This document shows positions 51,255-61,806 of a DNA stretch of 64,000 bases, piece by piece. Below the pieces are notes generated by a model, which saw nothing but the letters and a program-made list of their open reading frames with translations, did not search any database and was not told where the DNA came from. Positions within the stretch are counted from its first letter, which is position 1. Every line of letters begins with the position of its first letter. Position numbers and translations under genes: made by a program. The stretch is from Candidatus Omnitrophota bacterium (GTDB taxonomy: Bacteria; Omnitrophota; Gorgyraeia; Gygaellales; Profunditerraquicolaceae), in NCBI GenBank assembly GCA_049517335.1, contig JBEKSD010000002.1:32001-96000 (forward strand), written 5' to 3'.

Positions 51255-53846
51255 ATGAAAAATAACGGTATAAAAAATAAAACCGCCCTTAAAACTAACC
51301 TGCACTATAAATCTCAGGACATGGACTTTGACTACATAAATTGTACCACGGAATTACTTTTTGATAAATTCAAAACAACAGAAAAAGGCCTTTCGGAAAA
51401 TGAAGCCTCCCGCAGGCTAGCCGACTACGGCTATAATGAACCCGCCAAAAAAAAGAAAAGAACCATTGCTAGGGAAATTCTGTCCAAGTTCGTTAACCCT
51501 CTAGTTATAGTATTGCTTATCATTGCTGGTTTCTCATTGTTTTTCGGTGAGAAAATAAGCGCTTTAATAGTTTCCCTCATGGCTATTATGAGTGTTACGC
51601 TTGCTTTTGTGCAAGAACACCGCGCAAGCAAGGCAGCTGAAAAGCTTAGCGAAATGGTGCGTACTACCGCCACCGTTATACGTAATGGTAAACCAAAAGA
51701 GATAAGTATTAAGGAAATAGTTCCTGGAGATGTTGTTGATCTTTTCGCAGGAGACATGATTCCCGCTGATTTACGCATAATTTCCTGCAAGGACCTGTTT
51801 ATTAATCAGGCTTCTTTAACCGGAGAGTCTTTCCCGATTGAGAAAGTAGCTACTCCTATTACTCCCAAAAATAATTCTATTTCTGAATTAAATAACATTG
51901 CCTTTATGGGTTCAAGTGTTGTTAGTGGTACCGCTTTGGGTGTAGTCATAAAAACCGGCATAGCTACACAATTCGGAGAACTCTCACGTAAACTTACTAC
52001 CATACGCATAGAAACTAGCTTTGATAAAGGAGTTAATAAGTTTACGATGTTAATGGTTAAGGTAATGATTTGTATGGTCGTGGTTATCTTTGCTATCATT
52101 GCTTTTCGCCATGGGAATTTTATTGAAGCGCTGCTTTTTTCTCTTGGTGTTGCAGTTGGTCTTACGCCCGAAATGCTTCCCATGATTGTAACACTGAATC
52201 TTTCCAAGGGTGCAATTTCCATGTCAAAAAAAGAAGTTATTGTCAAACGTCTGAATTCTATTCAGAACTTCGGTGCCATGGATGTCTTATGCACGGATAA
52301 AACCGGTACTCTTACCATGGACAAGATTGTGTTAGAAAAACACTGCGATGTAGTGAGAAAAAATGACGATGATACCCTACGCTACGCTTACATCAATAGT
52401 TTTTATCAGACGGGCCTTAAGAACCTTTTAGATAGGGCAATACTTAAGTATGAAAAATTACTGGTAAAGCAATATAAAAAGGTTGATGAGATACCGTTTG
52501 ATTTTTCTAGGAAGATCATGTCTGTAGTAGTCGAGGCAGAGGATAAACACAAGATTATTTCAAAAGGTGCGCCGGAAGAGATATTCAAAAGATGTACTCA
52601 GTACGAGTTGGACGGAGAGATTAATGATATTGACCCACTTATTATTTCAGATCTAAAAGAGGAATTTGATAGTTTAAGCGCAGATGGTTTTAGGGTTTTG
52701 GCTGTCGCATATAAAAATTTCGATAATAAGAAAGACGCATATTCAAAAGATGATGAGAAAGATTTGATTCTTAAAGGCTACATTGCTTTCCTTGATCCTC
52801 CAAAAACAAGTTCAAAAAGGGCTATTCAAGCGCTTAAAAAACTGGGTATAGATTTTAAGGTTTTAACTGGAGACAATGAATTAGTCACTAGAAAAATATG
52901 CAGTGAAGTTGGCCTGGATGTCAAAGGGTTAGTAACCGGAGATATAGTAGAAAAGGCAAGTGATAACGAACTAAAAGAGTTAGTGAAAACAACTAATATT
53001 TTTTCTAGGCTTTCACCTATGCAAAAAGAAAGAGTAATTCATGCCCTACATGCCAATGGGCATATCGTAGGCTATCTGGGTGACGGCATAAACGACGCTC
53101 CGGCATTAAAAAGTTCGGATGTCGGGATTTCGGTAAATAATGCAGTAGATATTGCCAAGGAATCGGCTGATATCATCTTGCTTAAAAAGAGCCTTATGGT
53201 CTTAGAGGACGGTGTAGTAGAGGGAAGAAAAGTCTTCGGTAATATTATTAAATATATTAAGATGGGTTCAAGCTCTAACTTCGGGAACATGTTTAGCATG
53301 ACTGGCGGTAGCTTGTTTTTGCCGTTTTTGCCGATGTTGCCTATCCAGATTCTTTTGAATAATTTCCTTTATGATGTATCGCAGATTGCGATTCCTACTG
53401 ATCAGGTTGATAATGAATATATACTGAAACCTAGGCCTTGGAACGTTAAGTATATCAGGAATTTTATGATGATTATTGGGCCAATCAGCTCAATTTATGA
53501 TTTTCTAACTTATGGGGTTATGTTATTTATTTTTCATTCTTCAGCCGAACTTTTTCATACCGGTTGGTTTATAGAATCATTATGTACTCAGACTTTAGTT
53601 ATACATATAATCCGAACAGGAAAAATTCCTTTTGTTGAGAGCCGGCCGAGTAGATTCTTAATGTTGATGTCTTTGCTTATAGTTTCTATAGGCATTGCTA
53701 TCCCATTTAGCCCATTAGCTAAACCTTTCGGGTTTGTAAAGCCGCCGCCTATGTATTTTGTGGCACTATTTATTATGACTGTTACTTACTTGTTTCTTGT
53801 TCAATTAGTTAAGAAATGGTTTATTAGGAAGTACGGTTATGAATGA
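51255..53846 (+). CDS. mgtA: Mg2+-translocating P-type ATPase
   Basis: LTGES, AVGLTPEMLP, DKTGT, GDGIND, SSNFGNMFS. Confidence 0.95.
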   Translation: MKNNGIKNKTALKTNLHYKSQDMDFDYINCTTELLFDKFKTTEKGLSENEASRRLADYGYNEPAKKKKRTIAREILSKFVNPLVIVLLIIAGFSLFFGEKISALIVSLMAIMSVTLAFVQEHRASKAAEKLSEMVRTTATVIRNGKPKEISIKEIVPGDVVDLFAGDMIPADLRIISCKDLFINQASLTGESFPIEKVATPITPKNNSISELNNIAFMGSSVVSGTALGVVIKTGIATQFGELSRKLTTIRIETSFDKGVNKFTMLMVKVMICMVVVIFAIIAFRHGNFIEALLFSLGVAVGLTPEMLPMIVTLNLSKGAISMSKKEVIVKRLNSIQNFGAMDVLCTDKTGTLTMDKIVLEKHCDVVRKNDDDTLRYAYINSFYQTGLKNLLDRAILKYEKLLVKQYKKVDEIPFDFSRKIMSVVVEAEDKHKIISKGAPEEIFKRCTQYELDGEINDIDPLIISDLKEEFDSLSADGFRVLAVAYKNFDNKKDAYSKDDEKDLILKGYIAFLDPPKTSSKRAIQALKKLGIDFKVLTGDNELVTRKICSEVGLDVKGLVTGDIVEKASDNELKELVKTTNIFSRLSPMQKERVIHALHANGHIVGYLGDGINDAPALKSSDVGISVNNAVDIAKESADIILLKKSLMVLEDGVVEGRKVFGNIIKYIKMGSSSNFGNMFSMTGGSLFLPFLPMLPIQILLNNFLYDVSQIAIPTDQVDNEYILKPRPWNVKYIRNFMMIIGPISSIYDFLTYGVMLFIFHSSAELFHTGWFIESLCTQTLVIHIIRTGKIPFVESRPSRFLMLMSLLIVSIGIAIPFSPLAKPFGFVKPPPMYFVALFIMTVTYLFLVQLVKKWFIRKYGYE

Positions 53847-55210
53847 TGCCTAAATTGACGTCCAAACAAGGACCCAAAGAACGGATTAAAAATTTTTTCG
53901 AAGTTGCGCTGGGTTTCTCTAAAAAAGAAGCTGAAGAGGAAGCTAAGCGCTGCCTTCAATGTAAAGAGCCACTTTGCGTTAAAGGATGTCCGGTTGAAAT
54001 TGATATACCGGCATTTATAAAGTTAATAAAAGAAGGCGAGCCTGAAAAGGCGCTAAAAAAAATAAAAGAAAAGAATGCCCTGCCTGCTGTCTGCGGAAGA
54101 GTTTGCCCGCAGGAAAACCAGTGTGAAGCAGTGTGCGTATTAAATAAAAAGAAAATCGCAATAAATATCGGGGCATTAGAAAGATACGCGGCAGACCATG
54201 GAATTAACAGGCCAGTCACCAACGAGCCACTCCGCAAAAATATAAAAGTGGCTGTTGTGGGAAGCGGGCCTGCAGGCCTTACCTGTGCAGCTAGCCTTGC
54301 AAAAATGGGCTATATAGTGATGCTCTTTGAATCCTTGCACCTTCCCGGCGGGGTTTTATCTTACGGTATCCCGGAATTCCGCCTGCCTAAGGAAATAGTC
54401 CAGAGAGAGGTTGAATACATAAAAAACTTGGGCGTTGATTTAAAAACGGACATTTTAATCGGAAGTACATACTCCTTAAACGACCTTTTTGCTGCCGGCT
54501 ACAAGGCAATTTTTTTGGCTGTGGGCGCAGGTTTACCGCAGTTTTTGGGCATTCCAGGAGAAAACCTTGCCCGAGTTTATTCGGCAAATGAATTCTTAAC
54601 CCGGACAAACTTAATGAAAGCCTACAAGTTTCCCGAATACGCCACGCCTATAAACATAGGAAAGAAAGTGGCGGTTATCGGAGGAGGAAATGTGGCTTTG
54701 GATTCGGCAAGAACAGCTTTACGCCTAGGAAAACAGGTCTTCTTAGTTTACCGCCGGACGGAACTGGAGATGCCCGGCCGACTTGAAGAGATTACAAACG
54801 CCAAAGAAGAAGGGGTTATTTTTAAATTCCTCACCCAGCCAATAAGGATACTCGGGGATGACTCCGGATTTGTCAAAGGCTTGGAGTGCATAAAAATGGA
54901 GCTGGGAGAAATGGATTCATCCAACAGAAGAAAACCCATTCCGGTTAAAGGCTCAAATTTTATTTTAGATGCAGATACGGTTATTGTGGCAATAGGGCAA
55001 AACCCTAATCCGCTCTTAGCAAAAACAACTGAAGGCTTAAAGATTAAAAGTAACGGCACAGTTATAGTTGATGAAAACTATATGACTTCATTAGCAGGAG
55101 TATTTGCCGGAGGCGATATAATCACTGGCGCAGATACCGTAATTCAGGCAATGGGCGCAGGAAAGAAAGCCGCAATAGCCATAGATAAATATCTAACCCG
55201 CGGAGGATAA
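53843..55210 (+). CDS. nfnB: NfnB/SudA (GltD-like) large subunit
   Basis: RCLQC..P.C..GCPV, CGRVCPQE.QC, GSGPAG, YGIPEFRLPK, GGGNVA. Confidence 0.88.
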   Translation: MMPKLTSKQGPKERIKNFFEVALGFSKKEAEEEAKRCLQCKEPLCVKGCPVEIDIPAFIKLIKEGEPEKALKKIKEKNALPAVCGRVCPQENQCEAVCVLNKKKIAINIGALERYAADHGINRPVTNEPLRKNIKVAVVGSGPAGLTCAASLAKMGYIVMLFESLHLPGGVLSYGIPEFRLPKEIVQREVEYIKNLGVDLKTDILIGSTYSLNDLFAAGYKAIFLAVGAGLPQFLGIPGENLARVYSANEFLTRTNLMKAYKFPEYATPINIGKKVAVIGGGNVALDSARTALRLGKQVFLVYRRTELEMPGRLEEITNAKEEGVIFKFLTQPIRILGDDSGFVKGLECIKMELGEMDSSNRRKPIPVKGSNFILDADTVIVAIGQNPNPLLAKTTEGLKIKSNGTVIVDENYMTSLAGVFAGGDIITGADTVIQAMGAGKKAAIAIDKYLTRGG

Positions 55211-55215
55211 ACGAG

Positions 55216-56046
55216 ATGCCAAAGATAACTGTTCAGGATATTCTGGCCTTAAAAGGTAAACGTAAAATAACCATGCTTACCGCTTATGATTATCCGCTTG
55301 CGGCATTAGTGGATAAAACAGGCATTGATATGATTTTAGTCGGAGACTCACTGGCTAATGTTGTTTTAGGGCTTGATTCAACGACAAAAGTGGGTATGCC
55401 TGAAATGCTGCATCATGCAAAAGCGGTAACCCGTGCGGTAAAACACGCGCTGGTAGCCGGGGATATGCCTTATGATTCTTATCAGGTCAACCCGGAAGAA
55501 TGCGTAAAGAACGCAAGAAGGTTTATCTCTGAGGCAAACTGTGACTGTGTAAAGCTTGAGTGGTTTGACAAATGCTTGGAGGTAACCGAAAAAATCATCA
55601 AGGCGGGAATTCCGGTAATCGGGCATATTGGTTTAACTCCGCAAACCGCAGAAAAAATAGGCGGTTTTAAAGTTCAGGGAAAGGATGCAGAAGCCGCTAA
55701 ACGCTTAATTGAGCAAGCACTTGAGCTGGAAAAACTAGGGGCCTTTGCGCTTGTCCTTGAATGCGTACCGGATAAGATTGCCGAAATAATCACAAAGAAG
55801 CTTAAAATCCCGAGCATCGGAATAGGCGCTGGCTCCCATTGCGACGGGCAGGTTTTGGTGATGCACGATATGCTCGGCCTTTTTGAACGCTATACCCCGA
55901 AGTTTGTAAAAAAATATATCAATCTTTCTCCCATGATCTTGAAAGCCATTGAAGAATTTAAAACAGAAGTTGTTGAAGGGAAATTTCCTGGTCCAGAGCA
56001 TACCTTCAGTATCAAAGAAGAAGAAATAAAAAAACTTAAAGCATGA
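55216..56046 (+). CDS. panB: 3-methyl-2-oxobutanoate hydroxymethyltransferase
   Basis: MLTAYD, LVGDSL, GHIGLTPQ, CDGQVLV. Confidence 0.97.
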   Translation: MPKITVQDILALKGKRKITMLTAYDYPLAALVDKTGIDMILVGDSLANVVLGLDSTTKVGMPEMLHHAKAVTRAVKHALVAGDMPYDSYQVNPEECVKNARRFISEANCDCVKLEWFDKCLEVTEKIIKAGIPVIGHIGLTPQTAEKIGGFKVQGKDAEAAKRLIEQALELEKLGAFALVLECVPDKIAEIITKKLKIPSIGIGAGSHCDGQVLVMHDMLGLFERYTPKFVKKYINLSPMILKAIEEFKTEVVEGKFPGPEHTFSIKEEEIKKLKA

Positions 56047-56786
56047 AAATTAAAGATAGAATAATCAAATATTTAAGCGCAGCAATATTCCTTATTGCCG
56101 GCCTTAGCTTTATAGCCAAATTCGGAGGGCCTCAGATATTAAAGTATTACGTCCAAACAGGCATAGGCGACTGCGAAAGAATCCCGATTTTTTGCATGTC
56201 TCCGTACGAAACGATAGACGTTTCAAAACCGAATTCCGCATACATGGCCGAACTTGTTCCTTATAAAGCTTACAAAATCTCGGCATATGTACCGAAAGGT
56301 TTTAACGTCGTGCAGGAACTGATTATGAAAACAAGCTTTAAAAAACATAAGCGCATGTTTAAGGGAGATATTATTTATATGCTTTGTCAGGATAAAGATT
56401 TTTTTACCCGACTATACCCCCAATTGAAAAAAGAGGGCGTAAACGACAACTATGAGTTCATCCGCCGCGTTATGTACGCGAAAGAGGATGAAATCAATAA
56501 TATAACCGATACCTTTTTCGTAATTATGAAAGGAATATTCATTCCGGATATCGGAAACCAGTTAAACGCAAAAATGATACGGGTAAATCTAGGCGGATTC
56601 AAAGGCTTCATAAATTACAATATGGAAAAAACGGGGAATTATTTTGACTGTAACGTTGTTGACGGAGAAGGGAAATTTTTTAAGGTATATATTAAAGATA
56701 AAAGCAGGGTTCTTAATTTGGAGAAGGTTTTTACCATTCTCTCAACCGTAAAATGCATTGACGCGGGAATTCTCTTGCCCCGTTAG
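56043..56786 (+). CDS. Hypothetical protein with N-terminal membrane anchor
   Basis: 247-aa ORF translationally coupled to panB; no family recognised. Confidence 0.7.
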   Translation: MKIKDRIIKYLSAAIFLIAGLSFIAKFGGPQILKYYVQTGIGDCERIPIFCMSPYETIDVSKPNSAYMAELVPYKAYKISAYVPKGFNVVQELIMKTSFKKHKRMFKGDIIYMLCQDKDFFTRLYPQLKKEGVNDNYEFIRRVMYAKEDEINNITDTFFVIMKGIFIPDIGNQLNAKMIRVNLGGFKGFINYNMEKTGNYFDCNVVDGEGKFFKVYIKDKSRVLNLEKVFTILSTVKCIDAGILLPR

Positions 56787-56830
56787 AAATATTATGGTAA
56801 TATATTTTTCTATTTGAGGTTATTAAATTT

Positions 56831-58144
56831 ATGCCTGAGAACTTAATGGAAAAAATAGTTTCTTTCTCTAAGCGCCGCGGGTTTATTTTCCAGTCATCGG
56901 AAATATACGGCGGCTTAAGCAATACCTGGGATTACGGACCGTACGGTATTGAGCTTAAGAACAATTTAAAACGCGCCTGGTGGAAAACAAATGTTTACGA
57001 GCAGGACGATATTTACGGTATGGACGCAGCCATCCTTATGCACCCCAAAGTCTGGGAGGCAAGCGGGCATGTTAATAATTTCTTTGATATATATTTAGAT
57101 TGCCTAAACTGCAAAAAAAGAATAAAAGTTGACGACCCAACTTTCAAGAAAGTAACTAATACCTGTCCTTATTGTGGCGAGTCTGGACTCACTGATCCAA
57201 GAGAATTTAATTTAATGTTTAAAACTCATCAGGGTCCAATTGAAGAAGCAGCCAATCTGATCTATCTTCGTCCTGAAACCGCGCAGGGGATGTTTGTTAA
57301 TTTCTTAAATATCCTTGATTCAAAACACTCTAAGTTGCCTTTTGGGCTGGCTCAAATAGGAAAAGCATTCCGCAACGAAATCACTCCGGGAAATTTTACC
57401 TTCCGTACCCGGGAATTTGAACAGATGGAGATTGAGTATTTTGTCAACCCTGAAGAAGCAGATAAAAAATACGAAGAGTGGATTAATGCCCGGTTCAATT
57501 GGTATTTAGGGTTGGGGCTAAAAAGAGATAACATACGTTTAAGGCCGCACGGAAAAGAAGAACTTGCGCATTATGCCTTGGCGTGTACCGACATAGAGTA
57601 TAATTTCCCGTTTGGCTGGTCTGAGCTTGAAGGGATTGCCAACCGCACGGATTTTGACCTAAAGCAGCATGCTAAAGTGAGTGGTAAAGATCTAAGGTAT
57701 TATGACGACGCAACGAAAGAAAGATTCTACCCTTATATAATTGAGCCTTCCGGCGGAGTGGACAGGAGCATTTTAGCGTTCATGGTCGATGCTTACCATG
57801 AGGAGAAAGTAAAGGGAGAAACGCGCGTAGTGATGAAATTACACAAAGAGCTGGCTCCGATAAAAGTTGCAATTTTACCGCTTTTACGCAACCGGCCTGA
57901 AATCGTAGAGCTGGCAAAAAAAATCAGCGCGGAATTAAAAAAGAAACTTGCCACTGTTTACGACGATACCGGCTCTATCGGCAAGCTTTACCGTCGGCAG
58001 GATGAAGTCGGCACGCTTTATTGTATTACGGTTGATGTACAGTCTTTGGAGGATAAACAAATTACGGTTCGCGATCGCGACACGATGTTGCAAGAACGAG
58101 TTTCGGTCGATAAAATAAAAGAATATCTTGCAGATAAGCTATAA
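56831..58144 (+). CDS. glyQS: Glycine-tRNA ligase, alpha2 type
   Basis: WDYGP.G, WEASGH, LRPETAQG, FRNEITP, REFEQME, IEPSGG. Confidence 0.96.
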   Translation: MPENLMEKIVSFSKRRGFIFQSSEIYGGLSNTWDYGPYGIELKNNLKRAWWKTNVYEQDDIYGMDAAILMHPKVWEASGHVNNFFDIYLDCLNCKKRIKVDDPTFKKVTNTCPYCGESGLTDPREFNLMFKTHQGPIEEAANLIYLRPETAQGMFVNFLNILDSKHSKLPFGLAQIGKAFRNEITPGNFTFRTREFEQMEIEYFVNPEEADKKYEEWINARFNWYLGLGLKRDNIRLRPHGKEELAHYALACTDIEYNFPFGWSELEGIANRTDFDLKQHAKVSGKDLRYYDDATKERFYPYIIEPSGGVDRSILAFMVDAYHEEKVKGETRVVMKLHKELAPIKVAILPLLRNRPEIVELAKKISAELKKKLATVYDDTGSIGKLYRRQDEVGTLYCITVDVQSLEDKQITVRDRDTMLQERVSVDKIKEYLADKL

Positions 58145-58164
58145 AAAGGAGGGTTTTAAAAGTA

Positions 58165-60903
58165 ATGGTAAAGAAATACGTTTACAGTTTTGGCGGAGGT
58201 AAAGCAGACGGAAATGAAAGCATGAAAAATCTTCTGGGTGGCAAAGGCGCCAACCTGGCTGAAATGGCAGGGCATAAAGATTTGAAACTTCCTGTTCCTC
58301 CGGGATTTACGCTTACTACCGAGGTTTGCACATATTATTACCAGCACCACCGGACTTATCCTTCTACCTTAAAAACAGAAGTAAATAAGGCGTTAGCGCA
58401 TGTTGAGAAATTAATGCTCAGGAAATTCGGCGACGTGGAAAGCCCGTTATTGGTTTCCGTGCGCTCGGGCGCAAGAAAGTCCATGCCCGGAATGATGGAA
58501 ACGGTTTTAAACGTCGGCCTGACTGAAAGGACTATCCCCGGACTGATCAAGCAAAGCGGAGGCAATGCGCGTTTTGTTTATGATGCCTACCGCCGACTGA
58601 TTATGATGTATTCCGACGTTGTTATGGAGAAAGCGGCAGGTATCGAGCCAAAAGACGAACAGGGAATACGCAAGCAGCTAGAAAGAATTATGTTGCAGAT
58701 AAAGAATGAAAAAGGCTATAAGAGCGATACCGACTTAACTGCCGAAGATTTAAAGAAGCTCTGCAACCTTTTTAAGGCGAGAATCAAAGAAGTATTAAAG
58801 AAGGAATTTCCGGATGAACCTATGCAGCAATTATGGGGCGGTATAGGCGCCGTATTTGCTTCATGGAATGGCAAGCGCGCGATTTCCTACCGCCGCATTG
58901 AGAGGATTCCCGATGAATGGGGAACCGCGGTAAACGTGCAGACCATGGTATTCGGCAATATGGGCAATGATTCCGCAACCGGCGTTGCCTTCAGCCGTAA
59001 CCCCGGCACAGGAGAAAACTATTTCTACGGCGAATATTTACTTAACGCCCAGGGCGAAGACGTTGTTGCGGGCATCCGTACGCCAGCCCCCATAAATGAA
59101 TTATCAAAATCAGAACACAATAAAGAACTGGTCACACTGGAAAAATCCATGCCTAAACTCTATAAAGAACTGGTTAACTACCGTGACCGTCTGGAAAAAC
59201 ATTACCGCGATATGCAAGATATTGAATTCACCATAGAAAAAGGCCGCCTGTTTATGCTTCAGTGCCGCGTGGGAAAACGCAACGGCCCGGCAGCAGTATG
59301 CATGGCTATGGAGATGATAAAGGAAAAACTGATTAAACGGGAAGAAGCAGTTCTAAGAGTTTCCCCTGAGCAGCTTGACGAGCTGCTTCATCCGATTATT
59401 AATCCTAAAGCAGAATTAACCCATAAGCCGCTGGCTAAAGGTTTACCTGCAGGGCCGGGAGGAGCAACAGGGCAGATTGTTTTTTCCGCAAATGATGCAG
59501 TAGAATGGACAAAGCAGGGCAAAAAAGTAATACTGGTGCGCGAAGAAACCAACCCCGAAGATGTTGAGGGTATGCGCGCAGCTGAAGCAATTCTGACTGC
59601 CCGGGGAGGAATGACTTCACACGCCGCCTTAGTTGCCCGTGGCTGGGGAAAATGCTGCGTTGTCGGATGCTCTGCGCTACATGTTGAATTTGATAAGAAA
59701 GAAATATCTATCGGAGGTAAAACCTTAAAAGAAGGCGACTGGATTACCTTAAACGGAAGCAAAGGGAATGTCTATGAAGACAAGCTCCCGATGATGGACG
59801 CCACAAAGGAAAATAAAGTCCTTAACGCTTTCTTAAAGATTTGCGCTGACATTAAGAAACTGGGGATTCGCACTAACGCCGACACTCCAGAAGATGCGGC
59901 TAAAGCAAGGGAATTCGGCGCAGAAGGTATCGGCTTGTTCAGGACCGAGCACATGTTTTACGGCAAAGGCTCTGATGAAGCCTTGTTCCTGCTGCGTAAG
60001 ATGATTATTTCAAAGACCTTGGAAGAAAGGACAAAAGCCCTTGATGAGCTGGCTCCTTATGTCAAAAAAGACATAAAAGGAACCCTTGAAGCTATGGATG
60101 GATTCCCGGTAGTTATCCGTTTACTGGACCCGCCCCTTCATGAATTCGTACCGCGCGATTCCGAAAAGCTTGAGCACCTTGCAAAAGAGCTTAACATCAG
60201 TATGGAAGAATTGTCCGAGCGCGCAGAAAATTTACACGAATCTAACCCGATGATGGGACACCGCGGGGTACGTTTGGGAATAACTTATCCTGAAGTAAGC
60301 AGTATGCAGGTCCGCGCGATATTTGAAGCTACGGCAGAGTTGATTAAAGAAGGCAGGAAACCTTATCCGGAGATTATGATCCCCGTTGTCTGTGACGTAA
60401 AAGAACTGACTAACCAGCTTGAGTTATGCCGCAAGGTTTATGCCGAAGTGCTGAAAAAATATGGGTTAAAAAATATCAAGCATATGTTCGGGACGATGAT
60501 TGAAATTCCGCGTGCGGCATTGCTTGCGGATAAGCTTGCGGAAGTTGCTCAGTTCTTCTCATTCGGGACTAACGACTTAACCCAAATGGGATTTGGCTTT
60601 TCGCGCGATGATATTGGGGGCTTTGTTCCGGATTATCTGAAATTGGGTATTTTACCGGAAGACCCGTTCCAAAGCATTGACCAGGAAGGGATAGGCCAGC
60701 TTATTAAAATAGGCATTGAACGCGGCCGCAAGACAAATAAAAAACTTGAAGTGGGCATTTGCGGCGAACACGGAGGAGAGCCGAAATCAGTTGAATTCTG
60801 CCATAAAGTCGGCATGAATTATGTCAGCTGCTCGCCGTTCCGTGTTCCGATTGCGAAATTAGCTGCAGCTCAGGCGGTATTAAAAGAAAAAAGAAATAAC
60901 TAA
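58165..60903 (+). CDS. ppdK: Pyruvate phosphate dikinase
   Basis: LLGGKGANLAEM, GGMTSHAA, RTEHMF, SFGTNDL, CGEHGG. Confidence 0.98.
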   Translation: MVKKYVYSFGGGKADGNESMKNLLGGKGANLAEMAGHKDLKLPVPPGFTLTTEVCTYYYQHHRTYPSTLKTEVNKALAHVEKLMLRKFGDVESPLLVSVRSGARKSMPGMMETVLNVGLTERTIPGLIKQSGGNARFVYDAYRRLIMMYSDVVMEKAAGIEPKDEQGIRKQLERIMLQIKNEKGYKSDTDLTAEDLKKLCNLFKARIKEVLKKEFPDEPMQQLWGGIGAVFASWNGKRAISYRRIERIPDEWGTAVNVQTMVFGNMGNDSATGVAFSRNPGTGENYFYGEYLLNAQGEDVVAGIRTPAPINELSKSEHNKELVTLEKSMPKLYKELVNYRDRLEKHYRDMQDIEFTIEKGRLFMLQCRVGKRNGPAAVCMAMEMIKEKLIKREEAVLRVSPEQLDELLHPIINPKAELTHKPLAKGLPAGPGGATGQIVFSANDAVEWTKQGKKVILVREETNPEDVEGMRAAEAILTARGGMTSHAALVARGWGKCCVVGCSALHVEFDKKEISIGGKTLKEGDWITLNGSKGNVYEDKLPMMDATKENKVLNAFLKICADIKKLGIRTNADTPEDAAKAREFGAEGIGLFRTEHMFYGKGSDEALFLLRKMIISKTLEERTKALDELAPYVKKDIKGTLEAMDGFPVVIRLLDPPLHEFVPRDSEKLEHLAKELNISMEELSERAENLHESNPMMGHRGVRLGITYPEVSSMQVRAIFEATAELIKEGRKPYPEIMIPVVCDVKELTNQLELCRKVYAEVLKKYGLKNIKHMFGTMIEIPRAALLADKLAEVAQFFSFGTNDLTQMGFGFSRDDIGGFVPDYLKLGILPEDPFQSIDQEGIGQLIKIGIERGRKTNKKLEVGICGEHGGEPKSVEFCHKVGMNYVSCSPFRVPIAKLAAAQAVLKEKRNN

Positions 60904-60905
60904 AC

Positions 60906-60981
60906 TAGGGACGGTTCTCAAGGCGAAGCTAAACTGTCCCCTAAAGGGGACAGTTTAAGATTAAGTTGAGAACCGTCCCTA
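60906..60981. repeat. Nested inverted-repeat (REP/MITE-like) element
   Basis: Outer 16-bp IR TAGGGACGGTTCTCAA/TTGAGAACCGTCCCTA; inner 13-bp IR TAAACTGTCCCCT/AGGGGACAGTTTA; GCGAAGC mini-hairpin. Confidence 0.8.
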
Positions 60982-60990
60982 AAACAACCT

Positions 60991-61806
60991 ATGGAATCCT
61001 TAAAATTATACCTCAAGGAAGTCAGAAACATACCTTTATTGACTCCACAGGAAGAAATTAATCTGACCCGTAGAGTGAAGAAAGGTGATGAGCAGGCGCG
61101 TAAAGGCATGATCCGCGCAAACCTCAGACTGGTCATAAATATTGCTAAGCGCTATATGTATTTGGGTATCCCGCTCATAGACTTAATAGAAGAGGGGAAC
61201 CTCGGGCTTATCAAAGCAGTTGAAAAATTTGAACCAAAGAAAGGCTTCCGCTTTTCAACTTATGCCGCATGGTGGATTAAACAGGGGATTACCCGTTCAA
61301 TTTCAGAACAGGGAAAAATGATCCGCATACCTGTTTACATGAATGAGCTAATCTCCAAATGGCGCAAGGCCAAAGAGCGGCTTTCCCAGAAGTTAAAACG
61401 CCTGCCGAAAGATGAAGAAGTTGCCAAAAAAATCAAGCTTACAAGAGATAAAATTGAACAGATAAACTTCTGGATGAGCTCATCCACGTCCTCACTTGAT
61501 ACTCCCATAGGGGATGAAGAAAACAGCCAGGTCTCTGATTTAATAGAAGATAAGACCTCCGCTTCGCCGGATGCGACCGTCGGGATTATGATGGACAAAG
61601 AAAGAGTGAACAACCTTCTTGATATAATGAGCGGGAGGGAAAAAGAAATACTTGATATGCGCTTCGGGCTTAATGACAATAAACCGCACACACTGGCGGA
61701 AGTTGCGCAAAAGCTGGGAGTTTCCCGCGAAAGGGTACGCCAGATAGAAGAAGCGGCTTTAAAGAAACTCAAAAAATTCGTAACCGATCAGGAGGGCGAG
61801 TTATGA
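60991..61806 (+). CDS. RpoD/RpoS-family sigma factor lacking region 1.1
   Basis: ANLRLV..IAKRY, DLIEEGN.GL, RFSTYA.WWI, SRERVRQIE. Confidence 0.92.
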   Translation: MESLKLYLKEVRNIPLLTPQEEINLTRRVKKGDEQARKGMIRANLRLVINIAKRYMYLGIPLIDLIEEGNLGLIKAVEKFEPKKGFRFSTYAAWWIKQGITRSISEQGKMIRIPVYMNELISKWRKAKERLSQKLKRLPKDEEVAKKIKLTRDKIEQINFWMSSSTSSLDTPIGDEENSQVSDLIEDKTSASPDATVGIMMDKERVNNLLDIMSGREKEILDMRFGLNDNKPHTLAEVAQKLGVSRERVRQIEEAALKKLKKFVTDQEGEL

